A stretch of DNA of 62,945 bases from Folioceros fuciformis. Its lineage: Eukaryota. Under the pieces are notes generated by a model. The model ran no database searches. It was not told the DNA's origin and saw only the letters and a list, made by a program, of their open reading frames with translations. A program made the position numbers and the translations under genes. Positions 62,201 to 62,945 of this stretch are shown one piece after another (position 1 is the stretch's first letter; every line of letters begins with the position of its first letter). The stretch covers positions 332,215 through 395,159 of the forward strand of contig JBNGIO010006337.1 in the NCBI GenBank assembly GCA_049999805.1, written 5' to 3'.

Positions 62201-62945
62201 TGCCAATGTAGGTTGAGCTAGGACCCATTCTGTTCTACTCGTAAGGAAGATTTTCTTCACCCTTTGAATCTGACTGGTTGAAAGTTTATGTTCCTGTAGA
62301 CATACCACATCCCAAGACACATCTTCTTGGAGAAGGTGAGTAAGGCGCTTGCACTTGGAGGCTGTTTTGGACCATCCTCCAAGTCCTCTTACATTCCACG
62401 AAAGAATGCGTAGATGTGGCCCATGCGCGTAATGTCTTAGATGGTCAACAGTCATTTAACTTAACCAAGAGATCTCGACTTGTACGTGTCTGGGAAGCCG
62501 TGTGTAAGTGGGTGGCACCCCGGGATTGAATAGCCTTTGCAACTTTTTGTTTTTGCACCGCTTTGAGAATTCTCTCTAATTTCCTCTTCACTGGTAGAGC
62601 TTTATCTTGCAAGACAGCCCCGGATCTGCGCGGCTAACTACCATCCTTCTCAGGAAACCTTCCAAAGCTTATGGCCTATGGAACATCAATCCAAATTTTG
62701 GACAAATAATGAAGACTAATGTGGATATTTTAACAATAGAGTAATTGAGAGGTTTAATGCCCCCATTGCTGTGACATATTGGGGTGACTTTTTGGCATAC
62801 CTTGATAGGATGCCCCCTCTAACAATTGCTCAAAAGAACCCTCAAGAGCAAGGGGAGGAAATGGAAGGAGGTGGTTAAAAGAACCCTCAAGAGCAAGGGA
62901 AGGAAATGGAAGGAGGTGGTCAAAAGAACCCTCAAGAGCAAGGGG
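59300..62945 (-). mobile_element. Degenerate L1/Tx1-like LINE (APE endonuclease + RT), runs off the window
   Basis: LRILSWNVRGL, DVVCLQEHK, NIYAPN, WIIIGDFN, SDHHPV; WRPITLL..YKLIAKVLANRL, LDLFKAYDSVEW, VRQGCPLAP, FVDDT. Many stops and frameshifts; internal 60-bp duplication at ~62120-62250 and 45-bp repeats at 62832-62945. Left boundary approximate. Confidence 0.92.

Overview
Eukaryotic, plant-type genomic DNA with short GT-AG introns, several N gaps and many transposable elements; gene content is most consistent with a non-seed land plant such as a bryophyte (inference only). Left third (1-18 kb), host genes: the 3' part of a giant coiled-coil protein gene with a 109-aa internal repeat, a 7-exon neprosin (glutamic peptidase) gene, a probable N-terminal pseudogene fragment broken by a 21-bp minisatellite, an intronless papain-like cysteine protease, and an unknown 556-aa protein with (Y/W)FGRxAT repeats. 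The remainder is a nested TE landscape: a CRE-like RLE non-LTR element split by a full-length Copia, Copia and Gypsy relics, an IleRS gene fragment, a young Copia with non-canonical TA...TA LTR ends, and an L1-like LINE. It also holds two copies of a ~2.7-kb segment, each encoding a secreted Pro-rich peptide precursor. The most striking observation is a ~4-kb TIR-bounded, CTAG-flanked DNA element (39277-43328). It carries a spliced, now disabled gene for a bacterial-type beta-class N4-cytosine/N6-adenine DNA methyltransferase, which the ORF track does not show as a unit. All family assignments come from motif recognition by eye; no database searches were run.
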